Both the position numbers and the translations under genes were made by a program. A DNA stretch of 64,000 bases from Candidatus Marinacidobacterales bacterium (GTDB lineage Bacteria; Acidobacteriota; Vicinamibacteria; Marinacidobacterales; SMYC01): NCBI GenBank assembly GCA_965237955.1, contig OZ250169.1, positions 7,488,001-7,552,000 on the forward strand, written 5' to 3'. The notes beneath the pieces were generated by a model, which ran no database searches, was not told the DNA's origin, and worked only from the letters and a program-made list of their open reading frames with translations. Within the stretch, counting starts at the first letter, position 1. Each line of letters begins with the position of its first letter. Positions 62,962 to 64,000 of this stretch are shown piece after piece.

Positions 62962-64000
62962 ATGAAGTTCGAAACTTTCGTTATGGAGCGCACCCAGTCT
63001 ATCTGGGAGAATCAAGTCGAGATCAATCTCGCCGAGAGCGGGGTCGAGCCGCTTGTGCTCGGGGAGCTGCTCGACGGCGGATCGGTGAACGATACCCGCC
63101 TCGGCTATCCACAAACCAACGGCACCGAGGAGCTGCGCGACGCCATAAGCGACCTCTACCCCGGCACCGATGCCGACAACTTCGTCGTCACCAATGGCAC
63201 CGCGGAAGCCAACTACATTTCCGTTCTCACCACCCTCGAGCCGGGCGAAGAAGCCATCGTCATGCTTCCGAACTACATGCAGGTTTGGGGTCTCGCAAGG
63301 AATCTCGGTGCGACCGTGACCTCGCTCCCCCTTCATGAAGAGCAGGGCTGGGCGATCGATCCGGACGAGCTCAAAAAACTCGTCACCGACAAAACGAAGC
63401 TCATCGCCTTGTGCAACCCGAACAACCCGACGGGAGCGGTGATGAGCGACGACACGATAAGGGAAGTCGCTAAAATCGCCGGCAGCGTGGGCGCATGGAT
63501 TCTCGCGGACGAAGTCTATCTCGGCGCCGAGCTCCAAGGGGACACCTCTTCGACTTACTGGGGCTGGTACGATCGCTTGCTGGTCACCGCGGGGCTCTCC
63601 AAAGCGTACGCGCTCCCCGGGCTCCGCGTCGGTTGGGTCGTCTCAGACCCCGAGACCATCGAGAAACTCTGGTCTCGCAAGGACTATACCAGCATCGCTG
63701 TCGGCGCGCTATCGGACCGCCTTGCGCGAGTGGCCCTCGAGCCGGCGCGTCGCACCAAAATACTCGCGCGCACGCGGAAGATCCTGAACGACCAGTTGCC
63801 GCTCGTCGCATCCTTCGTGGAGCGCCATGGCAATCGCATCTCCTGGGTTCCGCCGAAAGCCGGCGCGATCGCGTACGTCCGCTACGCGTGGGACATCAAC
63901 TCAACCGAGCTCATGGAGAAGCTCCGTGACGAGAAGGGTGTTTTCGTCGTGCCCGGCGATCATTTCCACATGGACCGCTACCTGCGCATCGGTTTCGGCT
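62962..64000 (+). CDS. Class I/II PLP aminotransferase (partial, runs off window)
   Basis: MKFETFVMER, NLAESG, CNPNNPTG, ADEVY, GLSKAYALPGLRVGW. Confidence 0.9.
   Translation, partial: MKFETFVMERTQSIWENQVEINLAESGVEPLVLGELLDGGSVNDTRLGYPQTNGTEELRDAISDLYPGTDADNFVVTNGTAEANYISVLTTLEPGEEAIVMLPNYMQVWGLARNLGATVTSLPLHEEQGWAIDPDELKKLVTDKTKLIALCNPNNPTGAVMSDDTIREVAKIAGSVGAWILADEVYLGAELQGDTSSTYWGWYDRLLVTAGLSKAYALPGLRVGWVVSDPETIEKLWSRKDYTSIAVGALSDRLARVALEPARRTKILARTRKILNDQLPLVASFVERHGNRISWVPPKAGAIAYVRYAWDINSTELMEKLRDEKGVFVVPGDHFHMDRYLRIGFG

Overview
GC-rich bacterial chromosomal window. The Oar-type TonB receptor, GT-C/sulfatase genes and Thx suggest Acidobacteriota (inference only). In order it contains: a complete Rrf2-regulated suf Fe-S operon with a clear sigma70 promoter and two IscR-like operators; PGI; a secreted cyclophilin; dppBC; a four-gene homocitrate-type 2-oxoacid elongation operon; an acyl-CoA synthetase/aminotransferase/thiolase operon; a probable reactive-chlorine stress block (RclA-like, SigF-like ECF, NrsF, MsrP, no MsrQ); Crp/Fnr; an Aas-like fusion; an envelope glycosylation cluster; ybbP/ybbA/tesA; a highly divergent stand-alone MreB-like actin with degenerate nucleotide-binding motifs; metF; a TonB-dependent receptor; an intact IS256 inside a TPR gene; arsC; pxpA/pxpBC; thx; ispG; a frameshifted PilZ gene and a partial aminotransferase. 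There are many small duplications, deletions and spliced gene remnants (51.0-52.0 kb, 55.2-56.2 kb), REP-like repeats, and an orphan attenuator-like element at 41.2 kb. All calls come from motif reading by eye; no searches were run.
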